From Asterias amurensis (lineage: Eukaryota), in contig NC_092652.1 in assembly GCF_032118995.1 (NCBI RefSeq), positions 27,235,339 to 27,299,338 of the forward strand: 64,000 nt of DNA, given 5' to 3'. Under the pieces are notes generated by a model. The model was not told the DNA's origin and did not search any database. It saw only the letters and a list, made by a program, of their open reading frames with translations. A program made the position numbers and the translations under genes. Within the stretch, counting starts at the first letter, position 1. Each line of letters begins with the position of its first letter. Shown piece after piece: positions 53,301-64,000 of the stretch.

Positions 53301-55087
53301 GTTGTGGATACATGTGTTGACAATCCTTCATTCTGATTAATGGATTTTAATTTATTTTGATTTTCATTCAAGTTTTAAAATGCAATTTTGAATTTTTTGA
53401 GAAAATTTGTAAAAATTGTTACTGTAGAACCAGTTCTTACTATACAATTTTATAGCTAATGAAGGAATGATATTATTTTTGTTAACATAGATTTTATTTG
53501 ACATAGATAAGAAACTGAAAGTGGCATGTAGGCAAAATGTGGATGCAATAAGTTAAAATATAGTGGTTCGGTTCTCCACATATTGTCCAAAATATTCTTC
53601 CTACACTGGTCCGATTGTTATGCCCTTAGGAAAAACCAGAATAATTGTGATTCAAAAATAAGTATATTAAAGCCTATAGCCTATACCACCTTAACATGTA
53701 GGTCGGCCCTTGTACTAAATAGAATGTTCTTACTCTTTTCAAAGAAAACAAATATTATGTTTGTTCTTTGTGAGATCAACCCTACATGTAGATGAATAAA
53801 ACCACCCAGTCCCCCTAATAGCCCCTAGTGAAAGCCGTACTTCTACAATAAATCAAGCAGTTTATTTCTTCTTCTTCTATTTGTGGTTTTCACAAACCCT
53901 ACATAAATTTTCACCAAAAATAGTATGACCTGATTTTAAATACACACATAAATACGCATATGCAACTGTCTACCAACCTGAATGCCAATGTATACAATCA
54001 CCCTAATCAATAACCAGATTATCTGTCTAGAATCCTCAACCCGCTGACCCTATACAGGGAATGCATTTATTGCCCAATCAATACAAATCCTATCGGTAGA
54101 AACAGCTCTTTAGAGATCACCATGTTTAGGGTCATTCCAAGAATAGAGATTTGAGTTATTATATAGGTCTGTAAACATGACTCAACGTCAAGTTGAATTC
54201 ATGAAACGTTACAATGGATTATATGAATACAAACTGTATATTAATATAGTAGCAGTGAATAGGTACACTATAGTATAGGTCTTGTCTCGTATCTAAAAGC
54301 CCCCATTCACCTTCATCAAGGCTCTTAAGATTCACCAGGTTGCTGGCGGCAATCCAGGTCAGGCAGGATCAAAAACGCTGGCAGTTGCTATGGGTGTTAC
54401 TAAGGGCAACCAATGCTTCAATGCATGTTGTCATGGTGATGTAGCCATAGCAGCTGATTCAGCCAGAGCCCAACTTACAATAAAACAACTCACTTGACTG
54501 AAGTCCCGTACCCCTAGCAATGATTATTAAACTTGCGAAGTTTACTAATATTTACATGTTTGTGGCTGTTGCTGATGAGGTTCCTTCAGAAATAATGACA
54601 AAATCAAAAGGATAACGACTAGTTGTTATTTCCATGAAATAGTCTAGGATAGCTCAGTGTTGCGCTTATCTTTCTTGTTTTGAAATAAAACAGAACATCA
54701 AAGTAAAAAGCAACAGTACTTAACACTCAAGTGTCAAAAAACAAACGCTTGTGTCACAGCTGCAGACCTGATGCTGTGTCTTGAAAGGGCAAAGGCATCA
54801 AGGCGATGTCACCCTGTTAACGGGCACACTCTATGAGGAAATTGTAAATTTCTATTGAAACAGTTCAAGGAGCACCAAGGTTATAACAAAGGGCAAAGTA
54901 GGAATCACCTGCAATGCCTCTGTCTGGAGTATTAGGCATGAAACTCCTGCTCATACTTTGAGGAGTTGTAAACCTGAATCTGAATTCTTTTTAAACCTGG
55001 ATCTGAATTCTTTAATTTTAAAATATCTTTCAATTCTTTTTGGTTTCATTTAATTTATCTGACTTCTTTTGATTTTATCTTCTACAG

Positions 55088-56754
55088 GTAAACACAGCCA
55101 GCTCCAGAGTGATCTGTACGGACATTTAAGCTACTCTTACCCAAGTACTGGCAAATATGCAGCTGCCTACGCAAGAAGCCCAGTAGGAGGTCCAGGACCT
55201 CTCAAGAAAGGAGGAAGTGGACCAGTGTCATTCTCTTTCTCTAGTGTCAGGAGACCTCCGCTATCTAACAGGGAGAGGGACCCAGTCTCAAAGTCTACTG
55301 GGGTGCTTTATTCTGATTACAGTTCATCCAAACCAAAACTCTGTAAGATTGCTAAGGCAGGAGCAAAACCTCCGCAAATAGTTTCTCTCTTATTGAACAA
55401 ACGTAGCGTTCAATCTTATGAGCAGCTTGTCCAAGACATCTCCGATGCATTTGGACTTCCTAAGTATAAGAATCATAGGATTAGGAAGCTGTTTACGATA
55501 AGTGGGAAAGAAGTTAAAGGTGTGGCTGATTTCTTCAGGAATCCTGATGATGCTTTCATTGCATCAACGTCTAAACATCCACTAACACGAGATGAAGTTG
55601 CTGAAGTCTATGCGGATAGCTTTCCTAATATGCCTTATACCAAGGGTAATAGGAGACGGACTAAGGGTAGAGAAAGTAAGACTGATAGCAGTCTTGAAGA
55701 CGATGAAAGAAGCGAGAGCTTGAGCATTGGTCCGCAGAAAAAATCAGAGAGAAAAATAAAAGTCATTGAAAAATCTCCAAGAGGGGATAAAGATGTTGAG
55801 GAGAAGAGTAAAGATGAGGTGGAGAGGGAGGAAGCAAACCTGAAGAAAGAGGAAGAATTAAGACGGAAAGAAAAAGAACTCAAGAAGCGAGAAGAAGATC
55901 TGGAAAAACAACTGGCAGCAGATAAGAAGACAAAGTCAGAGAAGGAACGTCTCAAGGCTATTGCTAAGAAAGAGGCAGAGCTCAAAGCTATAGAGGAATC
56001 ACTTAAGAAGAAAGAAGAGGAGGAACAAAAGAGAAAGGAGGAGGAGGATGCAAAGAAAAAACGTGAAGAAGAAGAAACAGAGAGAAGACGTGAAGAAGAG
56101 AAAAGGTTAGAAGAAGAGGATCGGAAGAGATTGTCCGAATTAGAAGATGAACTAGAATATGATGATAGAGCAGAACTGGAAGATGAAAAAGAATTATTTG
56201 GTAATAAAGATTCTTACTCTGACGACATTCCAAGTGATGAGATCAATTATGATAAACGAGAACTTGACATTCTTGATGATGATGACTCGTCAAACGACAA
56301 AGAGAACAAACCAAGTTTTTCTTCCGATCCTCGGGAGATCGTAAACAAGGACTCCATCCTCAAGCGGTACACCATCGGCCCCAAAATAGGAGACGGTAAT
56401 TTTGCCGATGTCCACGAGGCAACATTGAAAAACACAGATCAGGTTTTCGCGATGAAGATTGTTGACAAATCAAAACTGACAAGTAAAGAACATATGATTG
56501 AGAACGAGATTGGGATCATGAAGAATATCAAACATCCAAACATCGCGAAGCTCTTTGAGGAGCATGAGACAGAAGAAAACATCTACCTCGTGATGGAGTA
56601 CATCAAGGGAGGAGATCTGTTTGACGCCATTACAGAAAGTGTGAAGTTCACTGAAGCAGATGCAGCAATTATCATTAGCGATATGGCTAGCGCCCTCGCT
56701 TACCTTCATGGACTTAATATCGTGCATCGCGATCTGAAGCCAGAAAACTTACTG
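55088..56754 (+). CDS. DCLK: DCLK coding exon 2: second DCX domain, long Glu/Lys/Arg-rich linker, N-lobe of the protein kinase domain
   Basis: Acceptor tcttctacag|. KPKLCKIAKAGAKPPQIVSLLLNKRSVQSYEQLVQDISDAFGL..RKLFTISGKEVKGVADFFRNPDDAFIAS vs [70 protein letters not shown]. Kinase YTIGPKIGDGNFADVHEA..HPNIAKLFEE..YLVMEYIKGGDLFDAI..VHRDLKPENLL vs YKVGRTIGDGNFAVVKEC..HPNIVLLIEE..YLVMELVKGGDLFDAI..VHRDIKPENLL. Donor CTG|GTAAGT. Confidence 0.85.
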
Positions 56755-58903
56755 GTAAGTTGAAGGATAAACTGAAATGATTGTGAATATTCAAAAGTTG
56801 TTTCTGTAACAAGGAAGAAGAATAATCATAGTTTGTTAAGCATCCAAAAACCCATCCACACTTAATTTGTGTTTGAGATGGAGGCTAAAGCTAAACCATG
56901 CATGGCTGGAATGAACAGTGCATTCATAAAAATAATCGTTATTTGATTTAAGATTTTCATTGTAGTGTACTATAAACGTGTCAACGGTGATATGTGCAGG
57001 CCTTGAAATAACCCACTGCAGCCACAGCAATTGCAGTGGTGACCTTCGCAGTTCCAATACATGTAGAGTGCCGCTTACCAGAAGCAAATTGTGAAGTTCA
57101 AAGTTCAACGCCTGTATGTGTCATCTTGTTCAAGAGGCATGATTTGTGTTTTTTAAAACACTTCTACGACTTGGCGCTTAAATTCAACACTATACATCTA
57201 ATCCATGCGTTAATTTTGAGCGTTGAGTCGGAGATGGCAACCAATCTTGGAAGCAATCAAATCTGCCCCTTGCTTAACATGATGAAGCATATTACTGTGG
57301 GAGCTTTATTGACAACTTTACAATTTTAAATAAGGGCATCTCTATGAAATATTTTCATATTGTAAAGGAACGAAGGACATTTTGCAAGGGGTGGGGGTTA
57401 ATTAGAGGTTTTTACTTTGTGTGCCGTGAAAATGCATGAATTTAACAATTCCCCTTCATTCATCATATTTTATTTTCATATTAATATCTTGTCATTTCCT
57501 CTCTTCATTTCATCCCATTTTTTTCTTGATTCTTCTGCTTGGCTAGTTTGCCAATAGAAAGGTGAGTCCTCAAATTTAGTGTGAAAATCATCTTTGTGTT
57601 GCTTCAAATATTTTAACACATTTAAAAAATTTCACAAACATTAATGGGTACATTATAAAATTAATGGATTGAGAAAAGAAGAAAAGATTGAAGGAAACAG
57701 TTTTAGTTATCCACATAACTTGCAGGAAAAAAAGTATGGTATAAATGTATGTCACTGTGTGGCAGATGTATAAGAAGCCACTATTATTGTTATATTATTT
57801 ATCCCCCATCTGAAAAATTGTGTTGGGACAAGATATTTGAAATCCACAAGTAATTTTCAAGCATTGGTCCTTAATATCAGTAGAGCTTTAGTAATAACAT
57901 TCCCTGACTAATATTACATTCCTACATTCCTGTGATTGAATTGAAAAGCTTTAATTATTGATTCCAGCCAATCCAAATATTTCTAATAACGTTATCTGCA
58001 AGGTCAGTAAATCCATTGCAAACAGACATAGCTTCGCTATCCTTGACCAAGCGAATATATTCTGCCTGATCATTGGGCAACAGAAATACTGTTTACAAAA
58101 ATGGGAAATAAGCTGTAAGGAAGCACTCACTGAGTTTGATGTTTGTTTTGTTCACTGGTCACATGTGTTGTATAATGTCAGATACCCAACTGAACTTGCT
58201 CTCTGTTGAACAATATTGATGGATTGAAGAATTCATTTGAATGTTCATACACAATTTATTTTCATGGGTGATTTTGGTTTTCACTGCTTGTTCACGTTTG
58301 CCTTGCATTCAAATCACTACCAGTTTTCATTGCTGTTGCTTATTCCTAAATCTGTTCATTTTGCATCATCGCTAATAATTGTGAATTAATTCAGGTACAT
58401 TTATCAGTTTGTTTTCTTGTTACTAAAGTCTTTATAGAAATGCTACATATGTATATTTTGCCCTTAACTGATTATCTGACTTTCATCCTCAGTTGCAAAA
58501 TAACTGATCAATCCAAACGTTTCTGTGTCATAGAGTACATGTATCTATCCCACAATGAATTTTGTGTTTCTTACTGCACGCGTTTCTTAATCAATCAAGT
58601 AAATAAAAAGTACTCGATGTGCCAAAAGTGGCAGGTTTTTAAAAACTATTCCGACAAAATCTGTTTTTGAGCTGTGAATACACTGGTCTCATTTACACGC
58701 ATGACACTTTCAGTTGTTAACTTATGTCCTCTAATTTGTCTAATAATAGTGGGGGAAACCCTAGCTGTACAAAGTAAAGTGGTTGGCCATTTCCATTCTT
58801 TGTTTGCAGTTTAAAATGTGCAGGTCTGTCTCAATGAATGAGATAAAATTATAATATAGCTTGAGAATAGTGAAGGTTATGAGATTTGTTTCTTTGTTTC
58901 CAG

Positions 58904-59036
58904 ATCAGCAAATCATCTTCAGGAGATGTGACTCTAAAGCTAGCTGACTTTGGTCTGGCTATGGAGGTTAAATCACCCATCTTTACAGTCTGTGGAACTC
59001 CAACTTATGTGGCTCCGGAAATACTAGCAGAAACAG
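58904..59036 (+). CDS. DCLK: DCLK coding exon 3 (kinase DFG / activation segment)
   Basis: [45 protein letters not shown] vs [36 protein letters not shown]. Acceptor tttccag|, donor G|GTCAAT. Confidence 0.85.
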
Positions 59037-59412
59037 GTCAATATTTCACCTCCTTTTTCCCTCCTTAAAAGCGCAAAATTGTCTTAAAGATGTATAAAGT
59101 GACAATAATTTATGAATGTTTTTTTTTTGAGAAAGTATTGTTCCTGAAACGGAAAAGAAAGAGTTGTGAGATTTGTCTCGGAACTGGGCTGCTGTTTAAT
59201 CTAAATGGAGACTCGTCCTGTAGGTGCCATGGGTTACATGTATTTTGAGGCCTGCTTAGTGTTTATTAATTGCTTACTTTGTTTGATATTTCCTAGTACT
59301 TTATTTTAAAATTTTCATTAGTTTTCATTGTACCTTGTTCGTTGTTTTGATCGAGTAAATAAGAATAACACTAACTAGACTGAATGAGATTATTTTGATT
59401 TTGCCTTTCCAG

Positions 59413-59580
59413 GTTACGGCCTAGAGGTTGACATGTGGGCTACTGGTGTCATTTGTTACATCTTACTGTGTGGGTTTCCACCATTCAGAAGTTTAGATCG
59501 TGACCAAGAAGAGTTATTTGAAATCATCCAATCAGGAGAGTTTGTTTACCTCTCACCGTATTGGGATAATATCTCAGATA
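59413..59580 (+). CDS. DCLK: DCLK coding exon 4 (kinase C-lobe); gene continues beyond the window
   Basis: [55 protein letters not shown] vs [55 protein letters not shown]. Acceptor tttccag|, donor A|GTAAGT. Confidence 0.85.
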
Positions 59581-59805
59581 GTAAGTAACCAATCAAAATC
59601 TACCCTTCAAAGAATCACTGATTTGTCTGTTGTTTTGACTGATTTTTAGCTGTGTGTCTTTTTTGTGGATTTTTAATTGTACAGCACTTTGCGATCGACT
59701 ATGTTGTTTCTCTAGAATTTCAAGGGACTTTTAAAGACTCATTTGTTTGAATATTCTATTTTTATAAATGATTTGTTTAAAAATATGTATATTATTTCAT
59801 GTGGA

Positions 59806-59933
59806 AAAGTTTCCGTATGGTGCCACCACTTTTTCATTCGATATGAAATAATATAATATCTAATTTACCTCAAAGAGATATCCCTTTTTGTAAAAATGAA
59901 GGAAAAGTGGTGGCGCCATACGGAAAGTTATCC
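59806..59933. mobile_element. second copy of the foldback MITE-like element (TIR ccgtatggtgccaccac...gtggtggcgccatacgg) in a DCLK intron
   Basis: Direct comparison with 39433..39562. Confidence 0.7.
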
Positions 59934-60552
59934 TTTCATGTAATTATTTTATGTTATGTGTTGTGCAGAGAGGCTCCTGCGTTATGCGCTATCAAAACAT
60001 CTCCTATTATTAATAAAGCCTACAAATGAGTTTACAATTGGGATCCACACACACATTACATATAGTCAGATTCTTCTAAAATATTATAAGAACATTTAAA
60101 ACAAAAAAGACATTCCACATTTCTCTGTATATAGAATAGATCTTGCTATAGTTTGCCATTCCGTTTTGTCCAACTCTGGCGAAAGTTCCGTATCCTGCTT
60201 ATTCATTTGTTTTGAAATAAACTAGTATGCTTACAGGACGTATGAAATTGGGCCCGATGACAACCATCTTAAAAGTATTTGTAGCTGAAACTCAAATGTA
60301 TGGCAAATTGACTTAGGCTAACCTCTTTCTAATACAGACTAGAATCTAGGCAATAAAGGTATACAAAGTAACTTACTCTGATTCTGGGCAAGCCTAGTAG
60401 CATTTCCTTCCTCCATGGTACCATAGAGTAAGATGGTACATTGTAGCATGCAGTCCACTTATGTGACCCTTGGAATAAGTACGGGCATGAAACGGCAAGT
60501 CTGATCATATAGTAGCTCTTTAGTTTTATTGAGATCTGTAAACGGTGAATCT

Positions 60553-61113
60553 GTTGGGTGAAGACACGCAAAGACGTCAGTTAAGGTCTTCGGCCCAAAA
60601 CAGAATGCTCATACAAAATATACAATAATAATTACATAAACTAAACTTTAAAAGAATAAACAATGAAACGATAAAACAATACTCGCGGTTCGCGCCAAAA
60701 TTAAGGACGCGACCGCCATCTTGGATTTAAGGCAAATTAACGGTGAAATGCAATATAAACAGGTTATTTCCAATCCCAGAAGCAATGATAAAATAAACTA
60801 AAGGATCTCCAAAATGTTACATTCAGTAACACTGCTAAGATTATTAGGAAAGGCTCTAGAGGTAATAAATATATCTAAACACCGCAAATCAATAAATAGC
60901 TAGCGTGATGTTGCAAAAGCAACCAGATATCCACTAAAGTCAACAACATTCTATAAACAAATTGAGACTTGAGGATAGTGCTTATTACATACTATTTAAT
61001 CTAAGTAGTAATTAGGAAAACATTTAAATGCAAAATATAACAAGATCTTTACCTGTTGGGTGAAGACACGCAAAGACGTCAGTTAAGGTCTTCGGCCCAA
61101 AACAGAATGCTCT
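60553..61113. repeat. two 58-bp direct repeats (60553..60610 and 61057..61113) flanking about 446 bp immediately 3' of the Gypsy pol; possible LTR terminal / U5-like segments
   Basis: tgttgggtgaagacacgcaaagacgtcagttaaggtcttcggcccaaaacagaatgctc occurs twice in the same orientation. Read on the element strand each copy ends ..CCCAACA, the canonical LTR ..CA end. Intervening and downstream sequences are unrelated to each other. Confidence 0.3.
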
Positions 61114-61694
61114 TGAACCGGAAAGCAGCCCGCAGAGGGCGCTAGCCATGCAAGTAAAGCAAATGATTACGTAACATAAAAATAAACGTAGGGGGGGGGG
61201 TTGCATCGCACCCGTGACATTATTCCCCCTGGAGAAAAATGTCGTCCTCGGCATGCAACTAACATAACCTATGTTACATATTTACACAATGGAAATTTTA
61301 CAACTTATGAAAACAAAATGGTGGCAAATGTCTTCCATACCATCCAACCTTTAAACAAAACTCTGGTGTTCCAAGCATTTAGTTAGAACAACAAAAAGGT
61401 AAGTATTCTATAACTAAGGAGCAGAACACCAGTAATTTAAATACATCTCTAAATGGTTCCTTCAAAAAAGACTCTGTCTGTTTGGTAGACAAAACTTAAT
61501 GCAGAAGTTAATTACATTACAACTTCAATATCTTGACACATTGAAAGTAACAATTATAACGAAATGAACATAACTCAGAGAGATTTTTTGTTTCTTTCTC
61601 TCTATAACAGTATTATTTAAATAATACTTCGTTATCTTCATTGAGTTACAATCAATAATAATACAGTGTATATACAATTGGGGGGGGGGGGTTA

Positions 61695-64000
61695 TTAGAT
61701 GGAACTGTGTTCTTGCAGAAGGAGACGCAGACAAGCTTTTCTTCTTGTCTTAGCCATAGTAGGCTCTTTCCACTTGTCGAACAGTCGTCGTCCATTGCAT
61801 ATCTTTTCTTGGCGTGATGTATCTCGTGCTTGCAGTTGTTTGGTTTGACCTATGAAGTCATAGGTAAACCTTGTGGGCGGCTGTCTGTTTCTGATAGGTC
61901 TAGGGCTCGGTGGCGAAAGATATACCGTACTTTCAGTGTCGTTCGACTCATCTGTAACATCAATAGTTTGGGTTTCCAGTAACTCAGGGGTAAGTTGCGG
62001 TGGTGCGACAGGAGGGGAAACTTCAACGACATTGCTTGGCTCAAGATCTATGATTGGTGTGAGGACAGGAGGTGATAGTGACGGAGATAGTGAAGGAGAC
62101 ATTGACGAAGATTCAGTTTCTACTGGGATGAAGTCTATGTCTATCTCTTCGTCGCTAGTTTCACTATGATCCATGATAGTTGGAACTTTCTCACTCTCCT
62201 GATGTTCGTCTGACTCTAACTGGGTTTCCTGATGTGGTTCATCGGCTGTTGTGTTGTTCTCTTCTAGTGGGAGAAACATGCATGGAGTCAGCATGTTTCT
62301 GTGCACAGTTCTTTCTCTACCGTCACCGAGGGAGCGGAGGCTGTACACAGGTAGATCTTTGTGCTTTGAAATCACAATATAGGGCTGTGATTCCCATCTA
62401 TCGGCTAATTTGCATGTGCCAATGAGGTTCTTGTTTTGGATGAGGACTCTGTCACCTAGACGTAGAGGAGCGATGGAGGAACCTCTGTCATACAGGCGTT
62501 TCTGCTTCGACTGCGCTTGTTTGACGTAGTCGCTGGCCCTTGTGTATGATTTCTGTAGTCTTTCTCTCAGCTGCTCTACATAGTCCGCATAGTTTGAAGT
62601 AGACTCTCTCTGAGTGGAATTGAGTCCAAACATCAAGTCGACTGGTAGATTTGGGTGTCTACCAAACATCAGGTAGAACGGAGCATAACCGGTGGAGTCG
62701 TGACGTGTGGAGTTGTATGCGTGTGTCATTATTTCGACGTATTGCTTCCAGTCTTTCTTCTGATTTTCTTCTAATGTCCCAAGCATGTTAAGGAGCGTAT
62801 GGTTAAAACGCTCTGTGACGCCATTTCCTTGAGGGTGATACGGGGTAGTTCGGCTCTTTTTGATGCCACAGATCTTGCATAATTCTCGGATGAGGTGGCT
62901 TTCAAAGTTGCGACCCTGATCAGCGTGTAGTCGTACAGGAAATCCGTAGTGCTGTATTATCTTTTCCCAGAGTATCTTAGCAACTGTGCCTGCCTTCTGA
63001 TCGCGAGATGGAAACGCCTGGGCATACTTGGTGAAATGATCTGTGATTACCAAAATGTTTTCATAGCCACCTTTGCTTCTTTCCAGCTTGAGGTAATCGA
63101 TGCAGAGTAATTCCATAGGCTCAGTTGTGGTGATGCTGACCAAAGGTACACGCGTTTTTGTAGACGGAGTTTTTCTTAGGCAGCATCGCTTGCATTGTTC
63201 ACACCAAGTTTTGATGTCACTTGCCATCTTGGACCAAAAGAAGCGGGTTCTTGCGATGTCGAGCGTTCTTTCGTAGCCCAAGTGACCGAAATCATTGTGG
63301 AGTGATGTCATTACTGTGTGTCGAAATTGTTCAGGGAGAACAAGCTGTTCGGCTGTTGATCCGTCATGGGTCTTTCTGAGACGATAGAGTACGCCGTTTT
63401 TCATGTGAAGCTTTTCCCATTGTCTTAGGTACATGAGGCATCCGAGCTTTTCACAACTCCTCTCTGCTCTGGTTGGTTTTCTTCCTTTCTCTAGATAGTG
63501 TATGACTCTGGATATGTCCGTGTCACTTCTCTGAGCGGATATGATGTCTTTCTCTTGTAGTCTCGGCAACTCATTTGATGGGAGTGACGTGTGACTCTGT
63601 GTCATGACATCGCATCTTGCAATTGGAGGTTCGATGAAGGGAGTTGTTTCGGGTGGGTGACTGTTGCAGATAGCTTGCACGATGTGGGGAGGAATTGTGA
63701 TTGCATCCTTTTGGAATGACAAGAGACTTCTTGAAGTATCCGCTTGCGATTTGCGAGAGAGTGCATCAGCCGCTCCGTTGTTCTTTCCGGGCTTGTATTT
63801 AACAGTGAAATTGAACTGAGATAGTGCCGCAATCCATCTTTGGCCTGTCGCATCTAGTTTGGCAGATGTAGTGACATAAAGGAGAGGATTGTTGTCTGTC
63901 AGCACGGTACATTGGTTGCCCAGAAGATAGTCTCGTAGCTTGTCAGTAATCGCCCACTTCATGGCTAGGAATTCTAACTTATGTGCTGCGTAGCGAGATT
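61695..64000 (-). mobile_element. Ty3/Gypsy-type LTR retrotransposon pol (RNase H, integrase with HHCC zinc finger, DDE core), truncated by the window edge; inserted in a DCLK intron
   Basis: 755-aa minus-strand ORF. HHCC finger HNDFGHLGYERT..CEQCKRC. Integrase DDE core LLCIDYL..ILVITDHFTKYAQAFP..LHADQGRNFES..YHPQGNGVTERFNHTL. RT/RNase H-like N-terminal part. The ORF continues past 64000. Confidence 0.85.

Noticed and set aside
55635-56435. several minus-strand ORFs (55635..55985, 56003..56233, 56247..56435) antisense to DCLK exon 2
   Set aside because: Low-complexity Ser/Leu-rich antisense translations of the GAA/AAG-rich sense strand. The sense strand has unequivocal DCX and kinase homology.
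1-64000. CRISPR arrays, operons, bacterial defence-system genes
   Set aside because: None present. The sequence is a spliced eukaryotic genome with metazoan genes (CCNH, TEP1, RAMAC, DCLK). The tandem repeats present are satellites, not spacer-interspersed CRISPR repeats.

Overview
This 64 kb window is eukaryotic (metazoan) nuclear DNA, not prokaryotic. It is AT-rich (about 37% GC), has a split-gene intron-exon structure with canonical GT..AG introns, and contains abundant SINE/MITE-like interspersed repeats, satellite arrays and an LTR retrotransposon. Gene content and repeat texture suggest an invertebrate deuterostome or similar marine invertebrate, but I cannot pin the species from sequence alone.

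Four host genes are recognisable by translation and comparison to protein families I know:
- Cyclin H (CCNH), 3' part, on the minus strand at about 1..1320. Three exons were found; the 5' exons and the start codon were not located.
- A very large TEP1 orthologue (telomerase/vault-associated protein 1) on the minus strand, 5032..37617. Its domain order is TROVE, vWA-like, DUF4062, NACHT P-loop, then a long WD40 array. I built a 47-exon manual model, with one apparent missing exon between E8 and E9.
- RAMAC (RNMT-activating mini protein, FAM103A1-like) on the plus strand, two exons at 40437..41377.
- A doublecortin-like kinase (DCLK) gene on the plus strand, four exons seen from 46773 to 59580, continuing beyond the window.

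The DCLK gene is interrupted in an intron by the 3' part of a Ty3/Gypsy-type LTR retroelement, whose pol reading frame (RNase H, integrase) runs off the window end.

I see no CRISPR array, no operon-like gene cluster and no bacterial defence-type system, so the 'undescribed system' prompt does not apply. The interesting material is structural:
- splice-site-bearing tandem duplications;
- a uORF-creating duplication at the RAMAC start;
- foldback/MITE elements shared between loci;
- a CRE/CCAAT palindromic island;
- lineage-specific low-complexity inserts in TEP1 and DCLK.

Exon coordinates anchored to the ORF track are exact. Those read off the raw text may be off by 1-2 bp.
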